Shown: positions 35,056-45,913, numbered from the stretch's first letter. The stretch is DNA of 64,000 nt from an uncultured delta proteobacterium (GCA_963745835.1 CAVUZH010000014.1:544001-608000), one strand, 5' to 3'. The notes: generated by a model from the letters alone, not told the origin. Numbers and translations: made by a program.

Positions 35056-36078
35056 TTACTGGCTCATCAGTTTCTTCAATCGTTCGACAATCTCCGGCGG
35101 TTGGGTGACAACATCTTTCGCCAAAGCCTCGAGATCTTCGCCGCGACTCGGAGTGATATCCAAATTTTTGCTTTTTGCCTCGGCGATAAATTCAGGATCA
35201 TTCATCGTCGTCATAAAAGCAGCGCGTAAAATTCTCATCCTGTCCGGCGCGACTCCTGGAGGAGCCATGATCGGCCGCCCGAATTCCCCGCCCGCCATTA
35301 CCAACGGCACTAAGCGGCGCGCCGCGTCGGGAGTTTTAAATTCATCCATAAGCTCTTGGAATGTAGGCGCCTCGGGCAAACGCGGATCTCTAGTCTGTCC
35401 CGTCTGCATCACGATTCGCACAAAATTGTTTTTGCGCCAGGTATGATAAGGTTCACGCGAGTGAAAAGCCTGAATGGTAAAGGCCCGGCATTGAAGCTCG
35501 CCGCGCTCCACCGCCAGATCGATCTCACCGCCGCCTTTGTATCCGGCCACGACAGTAAACTTGGTGCCGATGGTTTCTTCCAGAAGCTTGGGAAAATAAC
35601 TTTCTGATGTGCCGACCCCTGTTGAACCGCATTTCGGCGGCACCGCCGCTTGCCGCACATCGGCAAGGCTCTTGTATGGCAGATCGGAGCGCAGATAGAG
35701 CAGCCAGTCCGATTTATCGAGGCTGCCGATCCAACCGAATTTCGCCCAGTCGAATTTTACCTCTGACTGCTTTAACAGCTGATTGAAAAAGATTGTCGGT
35801 TGCACCGCGCCAATCGTCAGTCCATCGGGTTTGGAAATATTATAAAGATGATTGGCGCCGATGATCGATCCCGCCCCGGTCATGTTTTGCACGACGAAGG
35901 TTGGCTGTCCTGGAATATGTTTGCCCATGTGCGCCGTGAGCAGCCGTGTGTACAAATCGTAGACGCTCCCGGCGCTAACCCCAGCCACGACCGTAATCGT
36001 TTTGCCTTGGTAGAATGGGCTTTGCGCTTTCAGCTCAGAAGCCCAGATGACAAAGAACAGGCAAAGTATTTTCTTCAT
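35056..36078 (-). CDS. Bug/TctC-family tripartite tricarboxylate transporter substrate-binding protein
   Basis: signal peptide, FYQGKTIT, HMGKHIPGQP, NMTGAG, KPDGLTIG, GYKGGGEIDLAVERGE. Confidence 0.88.
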   Translation of the reverse strand: MKKILCLFFVIWASELKAQSPFYQGKTITVVAGVSAGSVYDLYTRLLTAHMGKHIPGQPTFVVQNMTGAGSIIGANHLYNISKPDGLTIGAVQPTIFFNQLLKQSEVKFDWAKFGWIGSLDKSDWLLYLRSDLPYKSLADVRQAAVPPKCGSTGVGTSESYFPKLLEETIGTKFTVVAGYKGGGEIDLAVERGELQCRAFTIQAFHSREPYHTWRKNNFVRIVMQTGQTRDPRLPEAPTFQELMDEFKTPDAARRLVPLVMAGGEFGRPIMAPPGVAPDRMRILRAAFMTTMNDPEFIAEAKSKNLDITPSRGEDLEALAKDVVTQPPEIVERLKKLMSQ

Positions 36079-36258
36079 GCAAACGGCTGTAACACGCTGC
36101 CGTTGCCGCAGGCAACGGAAAAGTGAGTCGATGGTTGCAGCGCAACTTAAACAGCTTCTCTTTCCGATGACGGAATCGCGTACGTAAGGTCCTCTAACCA
36201 GCAAGCTTCTTGGACGACAATGCAATATCTATCATCGAGTATGACTACAGTAATATAA

Positions 36259-36332
36259 GGCGTACATCGGCAGTACGTCGAAGCGAGACGAACGAGCGCA
36301 ACGAAGGATATGAGGCTTGTTTCAGCAGCCTA
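36259..36332 (-). repeat. MITE-like dispersed repeat, partial copy
   Basis: minus strand TAGGCTGCTGAAACAAGCCTCATATCCTTCGTTGCGCTC...CGTACTGCCGATGTACGCC aligns with 22056-22127; begins immediately after the MFS stop codon. Confidence 0.65.
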
Positions 36333-37862
36333 TTACTTCTTTTTCAATTTCATCGACGTCAGCAACGGAATAGCGCTAATCGCCAGCGCAAACATGTAAG
36401 TCACATTCATCGAAGCTACAAAGACTTGCGTATCCCCAGGATTCGGCGTCGTTCCCGGAATCCCTGAATAGTAGCGAAATGCCAGGGTCAAAAAAATTCC
36501 GCTGAGCGAGATGCCCAGCATGTGCCCCAGGCCGAAAATTCCATTGATAATCCCAATCGCTGTGCCCCAATGCTCTTTAGGCAACGAACTGATCATCACC
36601 GCCTGTGACGGCGTATTAAAAAAAGCCGAGCCGATCCCCGCAAGCGCCAGCTGGACCGCGGGCCAGATCCAGTGAGAGTCGGCGCCGAGATTCGCGCCAA
36701 TAAGAAAAGCCGACATCAGGATGAGCACGCCGCTCATCAAGAGGAAACGGGCGCCGATACGATCCGTGAGAACGCCGCTCACGGGCGACAACACCATGCT
36801 GAGAACCGATGGCGCCAAAAAAATAACTCCCATAAAGGTCGGCGAAAGTTTTAGCACCTCTTGAAGATAGAAAGGCGCGACAAACGTAACCAGACCCTGA
36901 GTTATGCAGCACATGAGCAGGCCGACCGAGCCGTAGCCGAAAGCAGGGACGGAGAAAAAAGACAGGTCGATCATCGGGCTAGGGGTTCTTCGCTCATACG
37001 CAACGAAACCCCAGAGCGCTCCCACGAAAGTCACAGCCAATAGCGCCTGGCTGATGCCGCCCAGAAACTCGGCGAGTTTTTGATCGAGAAGCAGCGTAAT
37101 CATCACCGTTAGTCCCAGGAAAATCGCTGCCCCGCGATAATCGATCGGCTGACGTGGCGAAGCATATGCCGCAACTGAGCGTCCGATCACAAAGCAGAGC
37201 GCCATGCCGACCAAGCTCGGCACGAACAGCAGGAAAAAAATGCCGCGCCAATGAACCAGATCGATGATTAGGCCGCCGATCGGCGGGCCGATAAAAAACC
37301 CAAGCTGATGTGACATAGCCATCAATCCCTGGGCCTTGCCCTCGGACCCTGCCGGCATCGCGCGAAAGGCCAGGGTACGGCCCGAAGATTGAATCATCGC
37401 GCCGCCGACTCCTTGTACGAAGCGAAACAGAATCAATTGTAAAACATCCTGCGAGAATCCACAGAGAAGCGATCCAACGGCCATGATCGCCATGCCGGAA
37501 GCGAACATTTTGGGATGACCGTAAATATCCCCCAGCCGGCCACAGATTACGCCAAGCCCGATCCCCGCCATTTGATAAACGATCAACGCCCAGGAAATGC
37601 CTAGAATGTCGGTTTCCAGAGCCGTCGCCAACGTCGGCACCGAAATCATAAACACACGGGTCGAGATTCCAGCGATGGTAACGCCGATGACTGAATTGAT
37701 CAGAGTAAGCCGGCGCGCTCGCGCCTCCGTGGATGATTGATCTTGGGGTGTTTGATTCTGCAAGTTCAAAGTGGCGAGCCTCACACGTATTAAGATGCTC
37801 GAGATGATATCTACGACGCGATCACAGGTGGGCCATCCGACTTTATTGTTATCACGGCGCAA
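36333..37862 (-). CDS. MFS transporter, DHA2-like (~14 TM)
   Basis: GRLGDIYG, FRFVQGVGGA, GPPIGGLI, SGVLTDRIGAR; true start probably ~30 codons downstream. Confidence 0.9.
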   Translation of the reverse strand: MRRDNNKVGWPTCDRVVDIISSILIRVRLATLNLQNQTPQDQSSTEARARRLTLINSVIGVTIAGISTRVFMISVPTLATALETDILGISWALIVYQMAGIGLGVICGRLGDIYGHPKMFASGMAIMAVGSLLCGFSQDVLQLILFRFVQGVGGAMIQSSGRTLAFRAMPAGSEGKAQGLMAMSHQLGFFIGPPIGGLIIDLVHWRGIFFLLFVPSLVGMALCFVIGRSVAAYASPRQPIDYRGAAIFLGLTVMITLLLDQKLAEFLGGISQALLAVTFVGALWGFVAYERRTPSPMIDLSFFSVPAFGYGSVGLLMCCITQGLVTFVAPFYLQEVLKLSPTFMGVIFLAPSVLSMVLSPVSGVLTDRIGARFLLMSGVLILMSAFLIGANLGADSHWIWPAVQLALAGIGSAFFNTPSQAVMISSLPKEHWGTAIGIINGIFGLGHMLGISLSGIFLTLAFRYYSGIPGTTPNPGDTQVFVASMNVTYMFALAISAIPLLTSMKLKKK

Positions 37863-38144
37863 ACGTGCAGAACTGTGACATGCGGGAGATCGCTCGATTG
37901 TACCCAGTCTTAGTCGACTTTTATAGGGATCGGCTGCTCCCTATCGAACTTACGCGAGCACTGTGCTGTTGGTGTATATAGTTCGAGTGGGATATGAACG
38001 ATGACTGGGCCTGCTCGAAGTGGTACTTAATTGGCGCAAGTGAGGAGAGATATCGATGAAGCCGATTGATCTGCAGGAACTCCGAGTGGGCTTTGGTAAA
38101 CAGTTTAATAAACGTCGCGCATCATGCTCTCATGATCATCAGCC

Positions 38145-39387
38145 GTGAAATCTCTTAATCGCTTCTCGCGTATGTCTACGGGACTTTGGTTCGTTCCGTT
38201 GATGTGCGTGCTCGCAGGCGTCGGTCTATCGTTTGGCACAATTGCCATCGATAAGGCCTACGACTATGAGCTTATCCCGCAGTCGATCAGCGGCGGTCCC
38301 GACGCAGCGTTGGAGATTTTGGGAACGGTCGCGGCATCGATGGTCAGTCTTGCAGCACTTGTACTGACCATCACCATGGTGGTCGTGCAACTCGCAATGG
38401 GTCAGTTCTCGCCACGAATCGTCCAGCGCATCCTGCAGGACAAACCCAGCCAGCTCGCCATTGGCACTTTTGTAGGGACTTTCGCGCACGCCATGCTGAC
38501 GCTCCGCGAAGTGCAAACCGGAAGCGAGGAACGTGGTTCCCGGCGTCGCTGTGATCCTGGCCTTCGTGCTCGTCATCATCAGCATCATGGTGCTTGTCTG
38601 GTATGTGAATCACATCGGACGCTCTCTGAGAGTATCAGCGCTGATCGAGCTTGTCGGGACAGATACACGCAAACTGCTCGATAGGCTCTATGCAGATGCT
38701 GGCGAGACACGCAGCCCTGAACGGCCGACGATCTGCGCGCCCCACTCGGGCGTGATCACTCAGATAGATCACAAAGAGCTGGTGCGAATTGCCGAGGCGG
38801 GGAATTGCGTTCTGACGCTTCTGCCATCACTGGGCGAATTTGTGCCGGCAGGCGCGCCGCTGTTCGAGATTGCGGGCGCACCCGATCGGATCGACACCGA
38901 CGCCACGGTGCGCGCGATCCAGCTTGGCCCCGAACGGACTCTTGACCAGGACGTGGCCTTCGGCCTGCGGATGCTCGTCGACATCGCCGAGCGGTCGCTG
39001 TCCGACGGACCGTTTCTCGATCCGACGACGGCAGTCCAGGCAATCGATCGGCTGCACGATTGCCTGCGCCAGCTGGCGCCACGTTCGTTTCCTGACGGTC
39101 GATTCCGCGACGACAAGGGCGAGGTGCGGTTGGTGACGCCGTCGATGACCTGGGAGGACTATGTCCACCTTGCGTTCGATGAAATCCGAATGGCGGGCGC
39201 GGGATCACCGCAAGTTGCACGTCGACTGCGCGCAGCTCTGCAAGACTTGCTTACGATTGCGCCGCCGGAACGTCAACTTGCGCTGAAGGAGCAGCTTACT
39301 TTACTGCAGTCCGGTATTGAAAGCGCCATCGGCGAAGGGAGCGACCGCACCTATTCCAAGCGCGGCGATCCACGCGGACTCGGTTGA
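38145..39387 (+). pseudogene. DUF2254-like membrane protein, frameshifted near 38530
   Basis: LWFVP, VVQLAMGQFSPRI; then RTLDQDVAFGLRMLVDIAERSLS, DPTTAVQAIDRL. Confidence 0.8.
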
Positions 39388-39752
39388 TACATCGCTAAGA
39401 ATAAGGGAAAACTAGACTCCCGCCCACTTTCCGAGCCGGCTGTAGTCCGAGTTTTTCTTTTTGTCCGCGAGAAAAGGGGCCCATCTATTCTTGAATGTCC
39501 GCTTCTCAAAGAATGTTCAACAGGCAGGCGAGTCACTGCGCCCGCTTACTGCTCTTACCTATAACATACCGCACAATACAATCGGTCAAGCGCCTGCTGG
39601 GAATTTTCTTGACAGTTTGCCGAGTCTTCGCAATAAGGATCGGGAATGGTTTACTGGCAAGAATTCGCTGATGCTTCATCTGGGTGAAGCACAGACTATT
39701 GGTCCGTGAAAACCGCGAGAGAATGTCTTGTTATCGAAAAGGGTGAAATAGG

Positions 39753-40757
39753 ATGAGCTGTTGGAACCTTCAATCGCTGATGACCGTCGTATCACTCGTA
39801 TCATCTCTGCTCATGCCACCCGTTATCTCGGCGGCTGACAAGCTCAGCGCGCTCTATTCTGCTCAGTCAGTGTCGTACTCGCTGCCGTGGATTGCGCAGG
39901 ACGCCGGTCTTTTTCGCAAACACAATTTGGATTTCCAGCTTGTCTATATTCCATCATCGGGTGTAGCCACTGCGGCTTTGCTCGGCGGCGACGTAGAGAT
40001 TGCCCTGGCTGGAGGAGTCGGCATCGTGCGCGCCTTCGCTCAAGGCGCCAGCGACCTGGTGTTCATCGGCGGCTTCAAAAATGCCCTGACGCATAGCATC
40101 GTCGCTAAACCGGATATGACCAAGCCTGAGGATCTCAAAGGGAAAAAGATCGGCATCACACGGCTCGGCAGTAACAGTCACTATTTCGCCGTGCAGGCGT
40201 TACGGCGCATGGGTTTGGACGCATCACGCGATGTGACGCTCATTCAAGCCGGCGGCGAGCCGGAAATCGTTGCGGCTCTCATCAACGGCGCCATCGATGC
40301 CGGATCGATCACCACGCCGGCGGACAACAGAGCGGTCGCCCAGGGTTTTCGTTATTTGTTGTTCGGCCCGGATCTACAAATTGCCTATGCAGCCGCGAAT
40401 ATCGTCACTCGCCGTTCGATGATCGCGAAACGGCCGCAGGCTGCCGCCGCGTTCATGCAAGTCATGGCCGAAGCCGCGAAAATTCTCCACACCAACAAAG
40501 AATTTACGTACAAGGTTCTGGGGAAATACCTGGGCATCAGCGACCCGAAAATCATCGATGCCGCATTCGCGACCGAAATCAAAGTCATGGAGCGGCGCTT
40601 GGATGTTAAACCGGAAGGTATTCAAGCGATCCTCGACGAAGTCGTCAAGACAGACCCGCGGGCAAAAACCATCCGGCCGCAGGACCTGATCGACCGGCGC
40701 TTCCTCGATGCAATGGCCAAGAGCGGATCTTTAGACAAACTATGGGCAAGCAAATGA
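39753..40757 (+). CDS. ABC-type substrate-binding protein (NMT1/SsuA-like)
   Basis: signal peptide, LPWIAQDAGLFRKHNLD, EDLKGKKIGITRLGS, DLIDRRFL. Confidence 0.85.
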   Translation: MSCWNLQSLMTVVSLVSSLLMPPVISAADKLSALYSAQSVSYSLPWIAQDAGLFRKHNLDFQLVYIPSSGVATAALLGGDVEIALAGGVGIVRAFAQGASDLVFIGGFKNALTHSIVAKPDMTKPEDLKGKKIGITRLGSNSHYFAVQALRRMGLDASRDVTLIQAGGEPEIVAALINGAIDAGSITTPADNRAVAQGFRYLLFGPDLQIAYAAANIVTRRSMIAKRPQAAAAFMQVMAEAAKILHTNKEFTYKVLGKYLGISDPKIIDAAFATEIKVMERRLDVKPEGIQAILDEVVKTDPRAKTIRPQDLIDRRFLDAMAKSGSLDKLWASK

Positions 40758-40805
40758 GAGTTGCCCGAGCAAAATCCAGCTTCAATCGAAATAGAGGAGC
40801 ACTTC

Positions 40806-41837
40806 ATGAAAGCTTATTTAGTCGTTGACGCCGATGGACACGTCGAAGAATCATCGAAAGGACTGCAAAAATATTTAAAGCCGGAAAATCGCGGCCGCCC
40901 GCTCTGGACCAGCGACTCCTGGGATCGCAATTTCGGCGGCGCCCTTGGCAAGGTCAATGAAGACCCTCGTGTGCAACTCGAAGACATGGACGCCGACGGC
41001 ATCGATGTCCAGGTGGTCTACCCGACGCGCGGAATTTCACTTAGCGCGGCGAGAGAAGTGGATTTGGCGGTGGATCTCGCCCGCGCGTACAACGATTGGC
41101 TGGCCGATTTCTGTTCGGTCAATCCCGCGCGGCTCAAAGGGGTCGCGCTGGTTGCGCTCCAGGACGTAAACGCCGCTATCGCGGAGGCGCGCCGCGCAGT
41201 CGAACAACTGGGCTTCATCGGTGTGATGATGCCGACCAATGTGCTCGATCAGGATATCGGCCACAAACAATTCTGGCCGTTTTACGAAGAGGTCGAGAGA
41301 CTCGGGGTTGGCCTCGGATTTCACGGCGGCATTCGCGCTTCGCAACGAATGCACGGCCGATTCGGCAGCTTCATTGCGGTCCATACATTGGCGTTTCCCC
41401 TCGAGTGCATGGTCGCTCTTACCGGGATGATTTATGCCGGCGTGCCGGAGCTCTTCCCGAAGCTGCGAGTCGCCGCTCTGGAAGCGAGCTGTGGGTGGGT
41501 TCCGTTCCTGATGGACCGGATGGACGAGGAGTTTGAAAAACGCGGCAGCAGAGAAGCGCCCCTACTCAAGGCAAAACCGAGCGAGTACATGACCAACGGC
41601 CAATTCTACTATGCGTTTGAACTGGAAGAATCGACCTTGCCCTATGTTGCCGAGCGAGTAGGATCCGACAAATTGCTCTACTCGTCGGATTACCCTCATT
41701 GGGATACGTCATGGCCCAACACCGTGCGCACTGTAAGAGAACGGGATGATATTACCGAAGCGCAAAAGAAACAATTTTTATCAGACAATGTTCAGAGCTT
41801 TTACGGCTTCACAGCAAAGGCATCGAACTCCGTATAG
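40806..41837 (+). CDS. amidohydrolase-2 family protein
   Basis: VDADGHVEE, DMDADGID, AYNDWL, LEASCGWVP, YSSDYPHWD. Confidence 0.9.
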   Translation: MKAYLVVDADGHVEESSKGLQKYLKPENRGRPLWTSDSWDRNFGGALGKVNEDPRVQLEDMDADGIDVQVVYPTRGISLSAAREVDLAVDLARAYNDWLADFCSVNPARLKGVALVALQDVNAAIAEARRAVEQLGFIGVMMPTNVLDQDIGHKQFWPFYEEVERLGVGLGFHGGIRASQRMHGRFGSFIAVHTLAFPLECMVALTGMIYAGVPELFPKLRVAALEASCGWVPFLMDRMDEEFEKRGSREAPLLKAKPSEYMTNGQFYYAFELEESTLPYVAERVGSDKLLYSSDYPHWDTSWPNTVRTVRERDDITEAQKKQFLSDNVQSFYGFTAKASNSV

Positions 41838-41902
41838 CGGTGTATCAAACGATAGCAACAAACGGCCGGTGACCGCCGATTTCTCTTAAGCTTTTCATGC
41901 CT

Positions 41903-43024
41903 CTAAGCCCAGAGAACGGCTGCAGTTTTGGTAACTAGCTCCAGTTTACTCCGTTGGTTCTCAAGTGAAATATTGTTGCCGACGATCGAGGAGGCAAAGC
42001 CGCACTGTGGACTGATAGCCAAACGTTCTAGCGGAACATATCGAGTCGCTTCAGTCACCTTCTCTGTTAGTGACGCCAACGACTCGAGCTCAGGATTCTT
42101 CGTTGTGATCAAGCCGAGAACTATGATCTTGTCTTCAGGCACTTCTCTGAGGGCCTCAAACGAGCCCGAGCGCTCGTCGTCATATTCCAAGAGCAAGCGC
42201 TGTGGCTTTAGCTTGCGAAACAATTCGCCGCTGATAGCTTCATATCCTCCCTGCGACAGCCAACGGCTGCCTTGGTTGCCGCGTCAGACGTGAAACCCGA
42301 AAGTCACATCGCCAAATCCGTCCACCACCGCGTTGTCCAGCTCGATGCCTAAAGAGAGCCACTGGTTAAGACTCCAGCCAAGGTTTTCGTAGAAGGCTCG
42401 CGTTTTGGCATCGAGCAAGAGGCCATAATGCGGCGCGTCGATTTGAATGTAAGTGGCGCCGAGGCGCACGAGTTCGGCAACCTCCTCGCGCAGGATGCTG
42501 ACGATGTCGGCGAGAAACGCATCGAGTGTGGGATACGCCGTTCGCGAATATTTTGGCGACCAAAAATTGGCCCATAGTGTCGGGCTCGGAATGGTCACTT
42601 TGGGAATTCGGCTGGTCTTTTTCTTAAGGTAGGAAAATTCATCGGCTGAGAGATATCGACGACGGCTCAACTTTTCGACCACACCCAACTTATCTGGCCG
42701 CGGGTGACGATGCACACCCAGTGAGTCGTACCAGTCGCCCCAAAGAAAAGCATCAAGCCCGAACGCACCGAAACCGTCGACCGCTGCCGTCATTTGACTC
42801 TGAAACGATTGCCGCCGCATCTCGCCATCGGTAACAATCTCCAATCCGGCATTTTCTTGCAAGGCAATCGCCTCGTCGACGGCGTGATCCTCGATTTCCT
42901 TAAATTGCACCGTGCTGAGAGTGCCGGCGGCGAGTTGTTTTTGCGCGGCAACCAACTCCGCAGGTCGCAGAAGACTTCCCACCACATCGGCATGAACCCT
43001 AACAGGCTGCTGAAAAAGACCCAT
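41903..43024 (-). CDS. cobalamin-independent methionine synthase II family protein, predicted selenoprotein (TGA 42284-42286 = Sec)
   Basis: two listed ORFs share one frame and join as FGFHV-U-RGNQGSRWLSQGGYE; TGA aligns with the Zn-ligand Cys of HLCRGN in the paralogue; SECIS-like hairpin follows. Confidence 0.82.
42255..42271 (-). promoter_or_regulatory. SECIS-like hairpin
   Basis: GGCAGCC-GTT-GGCTGTC; loop G is the 20th nt after TGA. Confidence 0.7.
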
Positions 43025-43052
43025 AGGGTTCGTTGCGTTCAATCGTCTCGCT
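43003..43052 (+). repeat. MITE-like dispersed repeat, partial copy overlapping the gene start
   Basis: CAGGCTGCTGAAAAAGACCCATAGGGTTCGTTGCGTTCAATCGTCTCGCT aligns with 22056-22106. Confidence 0.65.
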
Positions 43053-43057
43053 CAATC

Positions 43058-43125
43058 CGTGTTCGTGATACGCGTGTTCGTGTTCGCTCGGAATTCTCGA
43101 TCACGTTTTCACGCACACGAGCACG
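43058..43125. repeat. REP-like palindrome
   Basis: CGTGTTCGTG...CACGAGCACG inverted pair with iterated CGTGTT units. Confidence 0.5.
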
Positions 43126-43140
43126 ATCGTCCGGTGTCTT

Positions 43141-44129
43141 TCACGGCCGAATTTTATACTTTCGCTCGATCTCTTCGACATAGCCGCTTTTGACTACCTT
43201 TTCGAGAATGCGCTGATCGAGAAGATCCTCGACGTTGTATTTCGCTATTTTGGGATCACGCAGCGCGACGATCTCCTGCACGGTTTTCAAGCCTTTGACC
43301 GTCACAAAGGTATACGACGTCAGATCATCGAGGAGAAGCTTGTATCCTGTTTCTGCGAGTTGCCTGTCTGTCTTGATATGTTTCTGCAGAACGGCGACAC
43401 CCTTTTCTTTCTGAGCGCGCATAACCGCACTCGCTTCTATCATCGCTTTAATAAAGTTCTCAACCGTCTGAGGATTTTTTTGAATGAAAGACTCCGCGCT
43501 CATATAAGGGCTGGAAGGAAGAGCGATCCGGCTCAAATCTAGCAGCACTTTGACCCCTAGGCCTTGGAGCCGCACCGATTGCAATTTATCCAAAGCGGCT
43601 CCGTCGATAATCCCGTTGCCAGAGCTTGGGCGATCACAGTGCTATCGCCAATCGCCTGGATACTGATGTTATCCCTCTGAGGATCCAATCCCATTTCTCT
43701 CAGCGACAACATAGTAAGGCTCCAGAGAAGCCCGCTGAAATCCTGTACGCCGACTTTTTTACCTCTCAGGTCGCGCGGATTGGTAATCGAAGGCGATACC
43801 AAAAAATCGTAGGACGCTCTTTCGGCGAACAGTGACAAGAGAATTTTGAGCTTCGCCCCCTGCGCCGCGGCGGAAAGCATACTCGACGCGCTGCCACGGA
43901 CAAACTGCACCTCATTAGAGACCAGAGCCGAAACTTGCAGAGGCGCGCTGCGGACGGTGACAAGATCCGCCTCCAATCCATGCTTGGCAAAGATTCCTTC
44001 GTCCTTGGCAAGCCAGAGAGGAGTCCCCGCCGCAGCCACACCGGAGTACGCAACTCTGATGGACTCGGCCTGAAGCGGTGAAGCAAACAGAACCACAGCT
44101 ATAATGATCGAGAATGTTTTGGCAAGCAT
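43141..44129 (-). pseudogene. NMT1/SsuA-like substrate-binding protein, frameshifted near 43610
   Basis: signal peptide, PLWLAKDEGIFAKHGL, DLRGKKVG; C-terminal half in an adjacent frame. Confidence 0.8.
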
Positions 44130-44560
44130 AGATCATCCTCCTCGAAATTGCTTCTAGAGAATTTTCTACGAGGAACCGCGACATCCGTCATCAGCTTCGA
44201 ATTTTGAGTGAAGCAACAGATCTGATCCGTACATACTCGTCAGCGCTTACGGAATCAAGAAATTTCTTGTCGAGGTTGCCGATGGTAGAACAGCGCGAAG
44301 GATCCATAAAGCCAAATCAAATGTCCCCAAACACCGGTTCACACAAGAGACGCAGTATAATTCCATGAGAAAGTTTGTTGGGTTCTTTTTTCCGTTGTCA
44401 AGATGTCAGTACGAGGATGGTTTACACGCATGTATTGAATCGCGGCGGACGAGGGGTGCGAAGTCCGGTCGACAGCTTAGGAGCCGGGCTCGACGGTCAT
44501 TTCGATGATTATAATATACGGAAATAACTTTCGGCTTCTATCGGATGACTCGTTTATGTG

Positions 44561-44671
44561 CCTTTACAAGGTATTGTTCTAGTTGTAAAAGCGATTTAAC
44601 TCACACATATGAGCCACGCTATACAGAAGTTATAAAGTTCTATAAAGAACCAGATATTATTGGTTAGGCGG
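44561..44671 (+). other. putative attI / integron platform remnant
   Basis: AT-rich non-coding DNA ending in core site GTTAGGCGG (44663), the reverse complement of CCGCCTAAC at the first attC; short TATA(C/A)AG direct repeats; inverted repeat CCTTTACAA-N13-TTGTAAAAG. Confidence 0.5.
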
Positions 44672-44763
44672 CAGCGACGATTCGCGTTAAACTCTGCAGT
44701 CGACCTGTCGTGGAGACACAATGCTGATAGTCGCCTGTTTAATCGCGGCGATGGAGGAGCGAA

Positions 44764-45555
44764 ATGGCCGAAGACACGCAGCGTTTTAGCGATGGCACCG
44801 CATATGAGCAGTTCATGGGCCGCTGGACCCGTGCCATCGGTACGATCTTTCTCGATTGGCTCACACCGCCGGCTGATGCGCGCTGGCTCGATATCGGTTG
44901 TGGCACTGGAGTCTTTACCGATCTTATAGTCAGTACGTGCTCTCCCGCGACAGTAGTCGCGATCGATCCGTCGGAGCCACAAATCGAAATTGCGCGCAAG
45001 AAAGCAATCGCGCAACGCGTGGATTTCCGCGTTGCGGACGTGCAGGAATTACCGTTCTCAGATAAAGCCTTCGACGTCGTTGTTTCCGCTCTCGTGATTA
45101 ACTTTATATCGGATCCACCTCAGGCGCTTACTCAAATGTGCCGCGTTTGTCGGCCCCATGGTGTAATCGCCGGCTATGTTTGGGATTTCGCGGCGCAGCG
45201 TGGGCCGGTTGAGCTGATTCGGAACGGATTGCATCAGGTCGGCGCTAAAAATCCGCCTCACCCGGGCACCGAGCATTCGGGGCTTGATGCATTAACTTCG
45301 TTGTTTGCTCGAGCGAAATTAACAGAGATCGGCAGCAGGACGATCGATGTTACGATGTCCTTTGCGGATTTCAACGAATTTTGGGTGTCGCAAACGCCTA
45401 GTTATACTCCCATGGGCAAGAGGATTGCAGCGCTGTCGGAGACGGATCGTGAGAAGGTGATTGACTGGGTACGCGCAAGATTGCCAGCTGGCCCCGATGG
45501 CCGCATCACTTATTCAGCGCGGGCCAATGCGATCAAGGCGCTTGCACCTGCGTGA
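44764..45555 (+). CDS. class I SAM-dependent methyltransferase (cassette 1)
   Basis: YEQFMGRW, WLDIGCGTG, LPFSDKAFD, AGYVWDF. Confidence 0.9.
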   Translation: MAEDTQRFSDGTAYEQFMGRWTRAIGTIFLDWLTPPADARWLDIGCGTGVFTDLIVSTCSPATVVAIDPSEPQIEIARKKAIAQRVDFRVADVQELPFSDKAFDVVVSALVINFISDPPQALTQMCRVCRPHGVIAGYVWDFAAQRGPVELIRNGLHQVGAKNPPHPGTEHSGLDALTSLFARAKLTEIGSRTIDVTMSFADFNEFWVSQTPSYTPMGKRIAALSETDREKVIDWVRARLPAGPDGRITYSARANAIKALAPA

Positions 45556-45593
45556 TTTTACCTACGTTCAGGAACTGCGAATTTGCAACGTCC

Positions 45594-45674
45594 GCCTAAC
45601 AAACGGCTTGAGAAGGACCTTCGACCCGCTCGCTCCGCTCGCTGGCCTCGCCCTCTCAGCCCGATACGTTAGGC
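45594..45674 (+). mobile_element. attC site 1
   Basis: GCCTAAC...GGCTTGAGA...TCTCAGCC...GTTAGGC. Confidence 0.88.
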
Positions 45675-45913
45675 GGAGGTAACTTGCGACATGGACGGCA
45701 TCGTGCTCTCCGCGGGAAACTTCGAGAAGTACATTGATCGACGTCAGCGATAGCGCATACGCATGATCGAGGGGAGGGTGACGGTCATGTCCGATGTAAC
45801 TTCGATGCTTGCAGCCAATCTTGTCGAGGCCTTCAAACAACTCAATCAGTTTGTGACGCTGGGGCCTTGTAACCTCAATATCGGCTCTAGCGCTTGATTA
45901 CCAAGAAAAGCCA

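Noticed and set aside
38020-38036. Possible sigma-54 site TGGTACTTAATTGGC
   Set aside because: GG-N10-GC spacing holds but the -12 element departs from TTGC; too weak to call.
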